From the NCBI RefSeq assembly GCF_018977255.1, contig NW_024704749.1, positions 23,188,001 through 23,252,000 of the forward strand: 64,000 nucleotides of DNA, in the 5' to 3' direction. Origin of the DNA: Callorhinchus milii (taxonomy: Eukaryota). Shown here one piece after another: positions 1-13,790 of the stretch. Under the pieces are notes generated by a model. That model was not told where the DNA came from, made no database searches, and was given only the letters and a program-made list of their open reading frames with translations. The translations under genes and the position numbers were made by a program. Every line of letters starts with the position of its first letter. Within the stretch, counting starts at the first letter, position 1.

Positions 1-916
1 TATCTAATTCACGGATGTAAAGCTGGTGGGAAAGTAAGCTGTGAGGAGGACACAAGGAGGATACAAAGGGATATAGACAGGTTAAGTGAGTGGGCAAGAA
101 AGTGGCAGATGGAGTATAATGTGGGGAAGTGTGAGTTATTCACCTTGGTAGAAAAAAATAGAAAAGCAGATTATTTTCTAGAGGGGAGAGACTAGATGTG
201 TTAGTATTCAGAGGGATTTAGGTGTCCTTGTACACCAATCACAGAAAGTTGTATGCAGGTACCAGCAGCAACTAGGAAGGCTAATAGCATGTTAGTGTTT
301 ATTGCAAAGGGATTAGAGTACAAGAGTAGGGAAGTCTTGCTGCAATTGTATAGGGCTTTGGTGAGACCACACCCAGAATATTGTGTGCAGTTTTGGTCTC
401 CTTATCTAAAAAGGATATACTTGCTTAGAGGGGGTGCAAGTTGGTTCACTAGGTTGGTTCCTGGATGAGGGGTTGACCTACAAGGAGAGGTTGAGTAGAC
501 TAGGCCTATATTCTAGAATATAGAAGAATTAGAGGTGATCTTATAGAAACCTATAAGATTCTAAGGGTCTTGACAGGGTAGATATGTTAGATTGTTTCCC
601 CTGGTTGAGAATCTAAAACTAGGGGTCATATTCTCAGGATTAAAGGTCAGCCTTTTACAACTGAGTTGAGAAAATATTTCTTCACTCAGAGGGTAGTGAA
701 TTTATGGAATTCTCTACCCTAGAAGGCTGTGGATTCTGAATCATTGAACATATTCAAGACTGAGATCGATAGATTTTTAAAAACTAAAGGGATTAAGGGA
801 TATGGGGATAGGGCGGGTAATGGAATTAGTTTAGAAGATCCACGATCTTATTAAATGGCGGGGCAGGCTCGAGGGACGAATAGCCTACTCCTGCTCCTAT
901 TTCTTATGTTCTTATG
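1..916 (+). mobile_element. CR1-type LINE, 3' part of ORF2 plus 3' tail (degenerate)
   Basis: Translates to CR1 ORF2 C-terminal motifs (LYRALVRPHPEYCVQFWSPY) and ends in the CR1 tail ...CCTACTCCTGCTCCTATTTCTTATGTTCTTATG. Confidence 0.9.
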
Positions 917-920
917 ATAG

Positions 921-1203
921 TAAAAAGCAAAATACTGCAGATGCTGGAATCTGAAATAAAAACAGTCGCTGGGAACACTTAGTAGGTCAGGCAGCACCTA
1001 TGGAGAGAGGAAATTGAGTTAACATTTCAGGTCAATTACCTTTCATCAGAACTCGTTAAGTTCTGAAATGTTAACTCACTTCCATCTCTCCATACAACAC
1101 AACAAAATTACATTTATAGAGCGCCTTTCACATCGGGAGGACGTCCCAAAGCGCTGATGCTGCCTGACCTGCTGAGTGTTCCCAGTGACTTCTGTTTTTA
1201 TTT
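921..1203. mobile_element. Palindromic Penelope-like element remnant (inverted arms) with a short L2 tail inserted in the right arm
   Basis: Left arm CTGGGAACACTTAGTAGGTCAGGCAGCA..GAGTTAACATTTCAG is mirrored by CTGAAATGTTAACTC..TGCTGCCTGACCTGCTGAGTGTTCCCAG. A homologous copy lies at ~32602-32773. The Penelope assignment rests on family knowledge and the hammerhead motif. Confidence 0.65.
1016..1054 (-). ncRNA. Minimal type-I hammerhead ribozyme motif
   Basis: Minus strand reads GAGTT-CTGATGA-AAGGTAATTGACCT-GAAA-TG-TT-AACTC: stem I GAGUU/AACUC, CUGAUGA core, stem II AGGU/ACCU, GAAA, U16.1-H17. Confidence 0.6.
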
Positions 1204-1297
1204 AAGAAATGATGGTTATATTGCAAATTGCTTTGAGATGTTTGGTCCTGAGAAAGCAGTATACAAATGCTAGTTATTTATTTCCTTTGAAAGTTAA

Positions 1298-1750
1298 CTG
1301 TAGTTCAGTGGTTAGAGCACTCGCCTTGCAAGCGAGACACCTGGGTTCAATTCCAGGCAGGGCGAAACCTTGGGCAAGTTTCCTTACTCCACACACCTAA
1401 TAATAATCCCTCCAAAACAAAACCAATAATAAATTGGTCATTTTCAATCCATGACTGTTTGTGTGAAACTGCTGTGTGCAATTGGCTGCCTCGTTTCGCC
1501 CACAAATATACAGTCAATTCAGTTCTCCCCTCCTCGCTCCCTCCCTTCCCTCCCCCTGACCATTTCCCCCCTGCTCGGGTCCTGACCTAACTGTCCAGTG
1601 CTTTGAGACGTCCTTCCGACGTGAAAGGCGCTCTATAAATGGAATCTTGTTGTTGTTGTTGTTTATAGTCTATTCTGTGAAGCGCTTTGAGATATCGAGA
1701 AGATGTGAAAAGCGCTATATGAAATGCAAGGATTATTATTATATTATTAT
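1298..1750 (+). mobile_element. tRNA-headed Deu-domain SINE with nested L2 3' end (~1523-1662)
   Basis: tRNA-like head with A/B boxes (TAGTTCAGTGG..GGTTCAATTCC), Deu-type core (GCTGTGTGCAATTGGCTGCC) and tail ending AAATGCAAGGATTATTATT, interrupted by an L2 tail ending (TTG)n. Confidence 0.8.
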
Positions 1751-1989
1751 AACTGAGCATCTGTAGGTGGAGGATATTGGGTCCAAAATGCCAGCCAGCA
1801 CAAGCTCCCACAGTAGATCGAGATCATCCTCGTATGTCATTCACTCTGGCCTCTCGTGTGACCCTCCTGATGCCCTCTCAGATGGTGTGAGATAACAGGA
1901 ACTTGCTGTATGAAACGGTACTGTGTCCTACCATTCTGTAGTGCAATATGTCAGCACACTCTGTTAAGAGGGCTAGCCACCAGCTATAT

Positions 1990-2530
1990 CTGTGGGTGTC
2001 TGATACGCAGAAACCCGTCACAGTGGGTGTCTGACTGATACGGAAACCCATCACTATGATCAGCCGTGTGTCTGACACACAGAAACCCATCATCATCATC
2101 AGTCGTATATCTGACACACACATGGACACACATCACCATAACCACCCGTGTGTCTGACACATGGAAACCCATCACCATGATCACCTGTGTGCTTGACACA
2201 TGGAAACCCATCACCACGATCACCCGTGTGTCTGACACATGGAAACCCATCACCATGATCACCTGTGTGCTTGACACATGGAAACCCATCACCACGATCA
2301 CCCGTGTGTCTGACACATGGAAACCCATCACCATGATCACCTGTGTACCTGACACATGGAAACCCATCACCACGATCACCCGTGTGACTGACACATGGAA
2401 ACCCATCACCATGATCACCCGTGTGTCTGACATATGGAAACCCACACCATGAATCACCCGTGTGACTGACACATGGAAACCCATCACCGTGATCACCCGT
2501 GTGTCTGATACATGGAAACCCATCACCGTG
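1990..2530. repeat. 39-bp minisatellite, ~13 copies, CCCGTGTGTCTGACACATGGAAACCCATCACCATGATCA
   Basis: Tandem units read directly. The 13-aa periodicity of the overlapping ORFs confirms the 39-nt period. Confidence 0.95.
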
Positions 2531-2659
2531 CTTAAGCATCACAATGAGAATTCCTGGAATCTCTCTCTCCCTCGTCACCTAATCCTGGAATCAAAACACA
2601 AATAAATTAATAAATAAAACTCTTGGTTTAGAATTGCAAACACAAACAGTGAGAGAGAG

Positions 2660-3200
2660 ACTACAAGTCCCAGAATGCCGTGAGCGGCGCGTCGGTGTCA
2701 GCGCGTGCGCAGTGGGACGGGGTGGTCAGCGCGTGCGCAGTGGCGCTGGTGGGGCCGCCGGCGGGTGGCTGTGGAGGCGCGCGCTGCTGCGGGAGCCGGA
2801 GTTTGGCGCCGAGACGCCGTGAGGCGGAGGGACAAAAGGCGGCCTCGCTATCAGGTATGTCACCGGGACCAGCAACAGCAACAGGCCGCAGCCCACTCCT
2901 CCCCTCCCTGTCACACACACACTCCCGCCCCCGCGCCGCACTCCAGCCTGAGGCCTAGTTGCCACCGCGCGCGCTAGGCGGCGGTTACCGAGTGCCTGAG
3001 GGAGGCGGGCGGGTGGGCTTCAGGTGCCCGGTACCTGAGTAAACGCGGCCTAGAATAGAGACACCGCTCTGTCCCCCTGTGCCCGGCCAGGCTGCCCTGG
3101 GCTGGACGGTTGGTGGGACACTGAGCGGAGCCCGAGGGTTTTCCGCCTCACAGCGCCCGCCGGCCCTGAGCCTGTCAGTCAGTCTGTCTGTGCAGCTGTC
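2660..3200. promoter_or_regulatory. CpG-island promoter with ZNF143 (SBS) motif and two NRF1-like sites; expected to be the GAPVD1 promoter by synteny, orientation unresolved
   Basis: CpG-rich. ACTACAAGTCCCAGAATGC at 2660-2678; GCGCGTGCGCA at 2701-2711 and 2729-2739; plus-strand donor CAG|GTATGT after 2854; weaker minus-strand donors near 2988 and 3035. Confidence 0.7.
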
Positions 3201-3211
3201 AACACATAGCA

Positions 3212-4355
3212 ACCCCCCCCCCCAACACACACCCTCATCTCCCCCAAACACACACCCTCCTCTCCCCCAACACACACCCGCACCCCCCCTCAACACACAC
3301 CCTCATCTCCCCCAACACACACCCTCATCTCCCCAACACACACCCGCACCCCCCCTCAACACACACACCCTCATCTCCTCCAACACACACCCTCATCTCC
3401 CCCAACACACACCCTCATCTCCCCCCAACACACACCCGCACCCCCCTCAACACACACCACCCTCATCTCCCCCAACACACACCCCTCATCTCCCCCAACA
3501 CACACCCTCATCTCCCCTCAACACACACCCTCATCTCCCCCCAACACACACCCTCATCTCCCCCCAACACCCTCATCTCCCCCAACACACACCCTCATCT
3601 CCCCCAACACACACCCTCATCTCCCCCAACACACACCCGCACCCCCCCTCAACACACACACCCTCATCTCCCCCAACACACACCCTCATCTCCCCCAACA
3701 CACACCGCCCGCACCCCCTCAACACACACACCCTCATCTCCTCCAACACACACCCTCATCTCCCCAACACACACACCCGCACCCCCCTCAACACACACAC
3801 CCTCATCTCCTCCAACACACACCCTCATCTCCCCAACACACACCCTCATCTCCCCCAACACACACCCGCACCCCCCTCAACACACACACCCCACTCATCT
3901 CCTCCAACACACACCCTCATCTCCCCAACACACACCCTCATCTCCCCTCAACACACACCCTCAATCTCCTCCAACACACACCCTCATCTCCCCCAACACA
4001 CACCCGCACCCCCCCTCAACACACACACCCTCATCTCCCCCCAACACACACCCTCATCTCCCCCCAACACACACCCTCATCTCCCCCCAACACACACCCG
4101 CACCCCCCCTCAACACACACACCCTCATCTCCCCCCAACACACACCCTCATCTCCCCCAACACACACCCTCATCTCCCCCTCAACACACACACCCTCATC
4201 TCCCCCAACACACACCCTCATCTCCCCCAACACACACCCTCATCTCCCCCAACACACACCCTCATCTCCCCCCAACACACACCCTCATCTCCCCCAACAC
4301 ACACCCGCACCCCTCAACACACACACCCTCATCTCCCCCAACACACACCCTCATC
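3212..4355. repeat. C/A-rich VNTR, ~21-23 bp unit CCCCCAACACACACCCTCATCT
   Basis: Dozens of tandem, slightly variable units. They account for the spurious 428-aa H/T/P-rich ORF. Confidence 0.95.
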
Positions 4356-4744
4356 TATCTTATAGAATGGTGGAACAGGCTCAAGGGGCTGAATGGCTTA
4401 CTCCTGTTTCTATGTTCCTACTACGGAGGAATTTTAGAGCTAGTTTTTAATCAAAGTCACTGCTGCGTAGTGATGGAGAATGGTGCCATAGCCTCTCACT
4501 TGTTTCATCAATACGAATGATTCATTGTGTCACCGACAGGTTTGGTAACAGGGAAGTGACAGCCCAAAGGAACCTTTACAGCGATGTGTTACATCCTAGG
4601 TTAGTTGTACACTTCAGTGACTGACAGGTACATTAAATTCATTCAAAGATTAATGGGAGTACAGCAGGATTCTGGTGCTTTTGCTATTGATGGGTCCTTG
4701 CTGTGAGACATTTGGAATGAATCTATTTGCTCTACTTTCTCTCT

Positions 4745-5127
4745 TTTAAAGCACTCCATGGTCTTGCTCCTCCCTACCTCTACAACCTACTTAAACCATG
4801 CCAACCTGCCCGCTCCCTCCGCTCAGCGGGCACTGGCCTATACTCCATGTTCCCTGCCCAGCCTGCTCCAGCATCAGGGATCAGGCCTGCAGGCTTTCTG
4901 CCCACACCCTCTGGAATTCTAACACAGAGCCCCTCTACCTCGCCCTTCCCTGCCTCCTTCAAGGCCTGTCTCAAGACCTTCCTCTTTAGACTGTGCCTTC
5001 AGTCATCCTAGCACCCCCACCTCTCTTGACTCCAACCCCAGCTCAGATACAAGCCCTCGACTGTCCAGCACCTTGGGACGTCCTCGCGATGTGAAAGGCG
5101 CTGTGCAAATACAATTTGTTCTTTTGT
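4745..5127 (+). mobile_element. L2 LINE 3' fragment
   Basis: FKALHGLAPPYL..RSLRS motif of the L2 ORF2 C-terminus, followed by the tail GGGACGTCC..GTGAAAGGCGC..TTGTT. Confidence 0.8.
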
Positions 5128-5779
5128 TACTCAGTGGTGTTTTGAAATGTTTTTATTATAAAGATAATATGTACTAGAACTGCCATCTAATCCTGTAGAG
5201 ATGGTTATCAGGGAGTCATGTGCCGGCTATAAGGATAGGGTTGTGGTAATGTTTTGTGGCAGAACTGGATTGGCTAATCCACTCTGAAAATGTCACACTG
5301 TATCACAGCTTCCAAGCTTTACAACTTAAGAGGCTCCATGTTTAGTTTCTTGCAGAGTAAACCACTCCTTAATCACTGAACCACCTAAAGATATCTACAA
5401 GTAACAGAATTCAGGGTGTTTAAGTGCTAAATCTGTAGGGATAATAATTCATTAACTGAATGTAAATGTAACCACTGGTAATTAATGTAACATATAGAAA
5501 CTATTACCTCTAAGTGAGGAGAAATCCACCAACCTTGCCGGCTAGAATTCCTCTTTTTACAGAACGTTTCAGAGTTCAGTCTCCAACTCAGAAGTTGTTT
5601 TTCTCTAGTTACGACAATAATTTAGAGAAAACTAGCTTCAAAATTAAACTGGCATATAAAAATTCATCAAATTCTGGTCGCTCTAAAATCTTATATAATT
5701 GTAAATCCTGTTGGAACGTCTTCCGAAGGATGACTATCTTACAGTGCATAATTTCCTCTCTCATGTGTTTCTCGTGTCA

Positions 5780-6420
5780 CTTTGACTCAGTTGGTTTCAC
5801 TCAAACTTCCGGGTCAGAAGGATATGGGTTGGTACTCCACCTCAGCTAATCATCTCTGCTGACACTTTGCTGCCGTATTGAGGAGCGCTGTATCATCGGA
5901 GATGTTGTCTTGCAGATGAGAAGTTAAACCTGGATTCTGTCTGCCTGTAAAGCAAATGTTCAAAGCACCTCCAAAATGGAGCTCACCCCCAGCACTGCTT
6001 TAGAGTGTCAGCATAGACTATGTGGGTTCCAAGTCCTGATGTGGGGCTTCAACCAACCACAACAACATCTTGCATTTATCTCACGCCTTTCAAGTGGTTA
6101 ACATCTTGAAGCACTTAACAGTGGTGAAACAGAAGAGAGATGAGTGAAGGCAGGTCCTGATTCCTGACAATACTCCGAGATAACAATGCTACCAACTGAG
6201 CCAGGCTGACACACAGTTACAATAATAATCCTTGCCTGTAATATTGGAATCTCCCAAAGTACAGTACATCACAAATAATTGATGTCAAGTGTAGTGACTG
6301 GGTACTGATTGGCAAACACAGTAACCATTTTGCGTACAGCACGATCTCACAAATGGTCACGACATGAACAACCAATTGATTTGGAATTTGACTTGCCAGG
6401 ACACTGGAAGAAAATCCCTT
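5780..6420. mobile_element. Old, diverged Deu-SINE (SacSINE1/AmnSINE-like) fragments in both orientations
   Basis: GTCAGAAGG..GGGTT..GCTGACACT..TGAGGAGCGCTG..CGGAGATGTTGTCTT..GATGAGAAGTTAAACC resembles the Deu-SINE 5' part. An inverted fragment follows. Confidence 0.5.
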
Positions 6421-6673
6421 CCCCTTTGTTCATCAAGGAGTAGTGAAAATCCGAAAATCTCTCCCCAAAAATGAGGTTTGGATGCTGGATCCATTCATAT
6501 TTTCAAGACTGAGGTGGATAGATTTTTATTGGGTCAGTGTATCAAGGGATATGGGGCAAAGGCAAGTAATTGGAGTTGAGGAACAGATCAGTCATGATCT
6601 TATAGAATGGTGGAACAGGTTAGAGGGGCTGAATGGCCTCCTCCTGTTCCTATGTAACCAGCCCAGACCTTAC

Positions 6674-7460
6674 CAGGGAATCTTTGCTGGGTGAGGATGT
6701 AGGACCACAGTTGACTCCAGTTGACGCTCCCGTCAAAAACAGCTCTTCGGCTCCTGCCCGCCTGCTGGCAGGGGAATTCCAACCAGGATCGCTCATCGGC
6801 CGACGAGATGAGGAGACGATATCCGAGCTCCTGCTGCGGACCAGCCTCTCCGAGTATGAGTACCTCTGCTTCAGCAGTTCGGCCTCGCTCTGCGCGCTCA
6901 AGTGAGAGGGGAATGGTGGCAGTCTGCCCTCGGTGCCTCCTATTGCTCCCTCTAGTATGGGAGGATCGGGAGGTGGCTGCGAAGGTCTGGCATAGTGTAC
7001 TTTAGGCCTGACTATTGACGGTGTGATTGACGCTGAGAAGCAAAAACAATATTAGAATGAATCACTGACTTGACGAACTGTACAAGGTTTCCAGTGAAAA
7101 TTCTATTATACTGATAGTCTTAAACAAAGGAGCTGACCCTCTGCTTAAGCAGTAACATAAAGAGAAACGTATTAGTCTACAATACATCACAGCAATATCA
7201 CCAGAAACATGTGTTTGGTTGCTTTGATTTGAGATGGAACCAAGAAGTCGATGAAGCCTGCTCCGCCAGTTTATCAGATCAAAGCAGGTTTTTCAAACCA
7301 ATTCCCCTGCATTTTTCCCATGTGCATTAATCTTCTGCTATGTATCTCCCAGTGCAAAATGCACCTTGAAAGAGTATCAACCTACCCTCAGAAGCCAGTG
7401 GATCAAACATTGCAAGCAAGGAGTCAGTCTGAGAAGGCGGAGAAGTCAGCGAATGAACTC
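6674..7460 (-). CDS. GAPVD1: Two consecutive internal coding exons of GAPVD1 (7460-7386 and 7032-6674), apparently detached from the rest of the gene
   Basis: Exon A (75 nt, phase 1-1, TTCAG|..|GTAGG) encodes GVHSLTSPPSQTDSLLAMFDPLASE. Exon B (359 nt, CTCAG|..|GTAAGG) encodes SITPSIVRPKVHYARPSQPPPDPPILEGAIGG..ERLVRSRSSDIVSSSRRPMSDPGWN..SSPSKDS. Both match my recollection of the GAPVD1 central region and join in frame. Confidence 0.85.
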
Positions 7461-8439
7461 CTGAAGAGAATTCCATGGAAATGACAGACAGAGAATGAAA
7501 ACATTACGCTGTAGAATTCCCAAACGTACCACCACAGATTCTGAAAGATACACAATACTGAAGACCATGATACCAGAGAAACATTCACCATTCGTTCTGA
7601 TTTTTAAAAAGCCAGTATTTCATTTACCTATCAACCACTTTTGCGAGGCAACAGAAAAGCACAGTGAGATATTTACACTTGGTCAGAAACCAAAAAAGGC
7701 TTAAAATGAAAAAAAACTTGAAAGAAAAGGGGTGAGGAAAACGATTACTTTTGAAATCTAAAGTCTTGCCTTACAATGTGTTGAAAAGATTTGTAAATAA
7801 TAAGTCCTTGCATTTGATATAGCACCTTATCACCTCTTCAAGATGTCTGAAAGGGCTTCACAGAATATGCTGTAAAGTGAACTGACTGTATATTTTGTGG
7901 GCGAATCGCAGCAGCCAACTGTGCACAGCAGAGTCCCACAAACAGTTGTGGATTGAGTGACCAAATTATTTTTTTCACGTCTATTACATGAGGCAAGTTG
8001 GAAAGGGCCAAACTGATAATTGCTTTCAGTGACAAACACATTAAAAATGAATTACCAAAATCAATCAGTCACAAAAGGCTGTTTTACAATAAAATGTAAT
8101 CCATTTATTCCATAGGATGCTGACACTTAATATGTGACATTGAGGCGACAGCCAGTGGGGGGATGCTCGACAGAAGAACTGTAAATAGTATCCAATAGCC
8201 CCCACAATCAGGAGTGATTTCTCAGACAGGGAAACAAATTTGGCTTTATCTGGCACTACATACTGTGCAAACGAAGAAGGACCTGTTAGGCTCGAGGGGC
8301 TGAATGGCCTACTCCTGTAACTATGCTCCTATTCTTAATTTTGACGTTGTATGAAGGGTGCCAGGGTACCTTTAATGTTATTCGATGGTCAGCGCCTGAC
8401 AATGCAGCGCTCCCCCAGTACTGTGCTGGAGTTGTCAGA

Positions 8440-8838
8440 CGCCACTGGTTTCCCATCACACAGCGGATCCTGGTCCTCACCTTCAAAGCCCTCCGTGGTC
8501 CTGCTCCCCCCGACCTCTGCGACCTCCTAACCTCCTCCCATCCTGCCCGCTCCCTCCGCTCAGCGGGCTCCTGTCTGCTTCACGTCCCCCGCCTCGCTCA
8601 CCCGCTCTGCCCCCACGCTCTGGAACTCCATCCCGCGGTCCCTCCCCCTCGCCCCCTCCCTCGCCACCTTCAACACCCATCTCAAGACCCTCCTCTTCGA
8701 CCGAGCTTTCGATCTCCCTGCTTCCCCCCCGCCCTCCGCCCTCCCCCACCCCGGCCCTCAGCTCGGGTCCGAAACTCTGACCGTCCTCCCGACGTGCCAG
8801 GAGCTTTAGGTATGTAATGTTGTTGTTGTTGTTGTTGT
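8440..8838 (+). mobile_element. L2 LINE 3' fragment
   Basis: HWFPITQRILVLTFKALRGPAP..RSLRS motif and a (TTG)n tail. Confidence 0.8.
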
Positions 8839-9069
8839 GGTCAGTCTGGTTTGTGAGCCCATCACCTTCAGAGCCAGAGACCAAAGGTCACCTTCAACTC
8901 AGCAATTTACTGACAGCTGAACTCAGTGGGAGCCGAGTTCTCTGCTCTGGCCTGACATGCCTGAGCCGGACCGGCAGAGGGCGAAAGCGTCGGAATACTG
9001 AATGAAACGTGAGGGTGACGCGGCGGCCCATCACGCCGGCGTCTGGATGCCCCGTCAAATTGACAGCAA

Positions 9070-9330
9070 AAAGGTCCAATCAGGAACAGAGCTCTGGCGC
9101 CGCTCGCCTCTTGATTGGAGGATGGCGGTCCCTGGCGCACGGCCAATCAGTCAACGCGTCAGGCCGCGGGGTGGCGGGCTCTCCAGATCACGTGCGGCGG
9201 GTCCGAGACGTGTCAGCCTCCGGAGTGGCCAGCACTCGGCCGCCGACCAATCAGAAGCGTCCAACACGAGACGCGTCCGACCAATGGCAGCCGTCCACGA
9301 TGGGGGGAAAGCGGTGAATCTATATAAAGG
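9070..9330 (+). promoter_or_regulatory. HSPA5 promoter: ER-stress response elements, CCAAT boxes, TATA box
   Basis: Perfect ERSE CCAAT-GGCAGCCGT-CCACG at 9281-9299; CCAAT-N9-CCAAC at 9247-9265; further CCAAT at ~9076 and 9143; TATATAAA at 9321-9328. Confidence 0.92.
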
Positions 9331-9349
9331 CGGTGGCGGCGCTGCGCCG

Positions 9350-9490
9350 GCATCAAAAGCGGAAGATCGACGAGGAGAGAAGGTTTGTGCAGTGTCTCTA
9401 CACACACGGGGCGGGAAAGACCTTGTTACCTCACAATAATCACCTCAGGCTCAGAGAAGGCTGTTGCCAGAAAGAGAACAAAGATATTAG
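9350..9490 (+). other. HSPA5: HSPA5 non-coding exon 1 (5' UTR)
   Basis: Starts ~25-30 nt after the TATA box (start approximate) and has no ATG. Strong donor TAG|GTGAGT after 9490; next acceptor TAG| before 10334. Confidence 0.75.
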
Positions 9491-10372
9491 GTGAGTTCAA
9501 GGGCGGCGGAGGCCCGCGCGAGAATGGGATTCGGCCGACGCGTCGGCGGCCCCGGGGGTGGGGGAAGGGGCGCCTCTGACATGCGGTAGGCCGCACAGCG
9601 CCGCGCTCGGAGACGGTTGTCTTTATTCTCTGCCCCCGACCTCCCTCACTCACCCCCGCACCCTCCTCGGCCTCCATCCACGTTGACAGAAAGAGAGGCC
9701 CCCGCTTGTTGGATGGGCTCTCTCCCCCCTCCCCCCCATCCGGGGAGGCTTGGTGGTGGGGGAGAGGCCGCCCCCTCGGCTCGAAGGAGCCGGCGGGAAT
9801 AAAGTTTAGAATCGGGTCTCGCTGGAAGCTCCCGAGTATTTTTTTGGAGTTTGATTCGGGAAACCTGTCTCGCGGGTCTTCAGTCTGAAATATCTGCTTC
9901 AAACACGCCTCCTCTTCCGCTCTGAATCGCCTAAGATGAGGGGTTCGGGGTTCTCGTCAAATAAGTTTCGAGCTTCAACTTTTTCAGGTCCACATTACTG
10001 GGTGGGTGACTGTGGAGAGCTATTGCATAAAGAGCGCAGAATGAAGTGGAGTTCTTTCTGACTAGACCTGACTTGTTAAAAAGTATTCAACACATTGAAG
10101 CTTAAAACCCTGTTATTTGGCGAGAACGTCGCACCTCTCACGTTAAACGATTCCGGGGGAGGGGGGCGGGGGATGTGAGATTAATCAGTTTGAAGTTCAA
10201 AAGTTGTGGCAGTGCCCCTCCCCCTCCTCCCACATCGTGATCTCTTATGCTTAGATACACTTTAAAGAGGCTGTTCTGAAGGTTGCAGAAGTGCTTTCCT
10301 GCTATGTCAAACGTTTTTCTTTCTGCATTGTAGACACTTGAGTTCCTGTGCTCAGAACACTAAAACAGCAAA

Positions 10373-13790
<3,418 letters not shown>

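Noticed and set aside
1760-1895. Possible additional GAPVD1 exon (LAGILDPISS on minus; SRSRSSS on plus)
   Set aside because: Similarity is too short and weak, with no convincing splice-site pair.
1984-2578. Overlapping 128-180 aa periodic ORFs and a CRISPR-like appearance of the 39-bp array
   Set aside because: Units are contiguous with no unique spacers, and the ORFs are open only because 39 is a multiple of 3. The context is eukaryotic with no cas genes.
3079-4365. 428-aa His/Thr/Pro-rich ORF
   Set aside because: By-product of a nearly G-free VNTR that rarely forms stops; non-ATG start and no coding signature.
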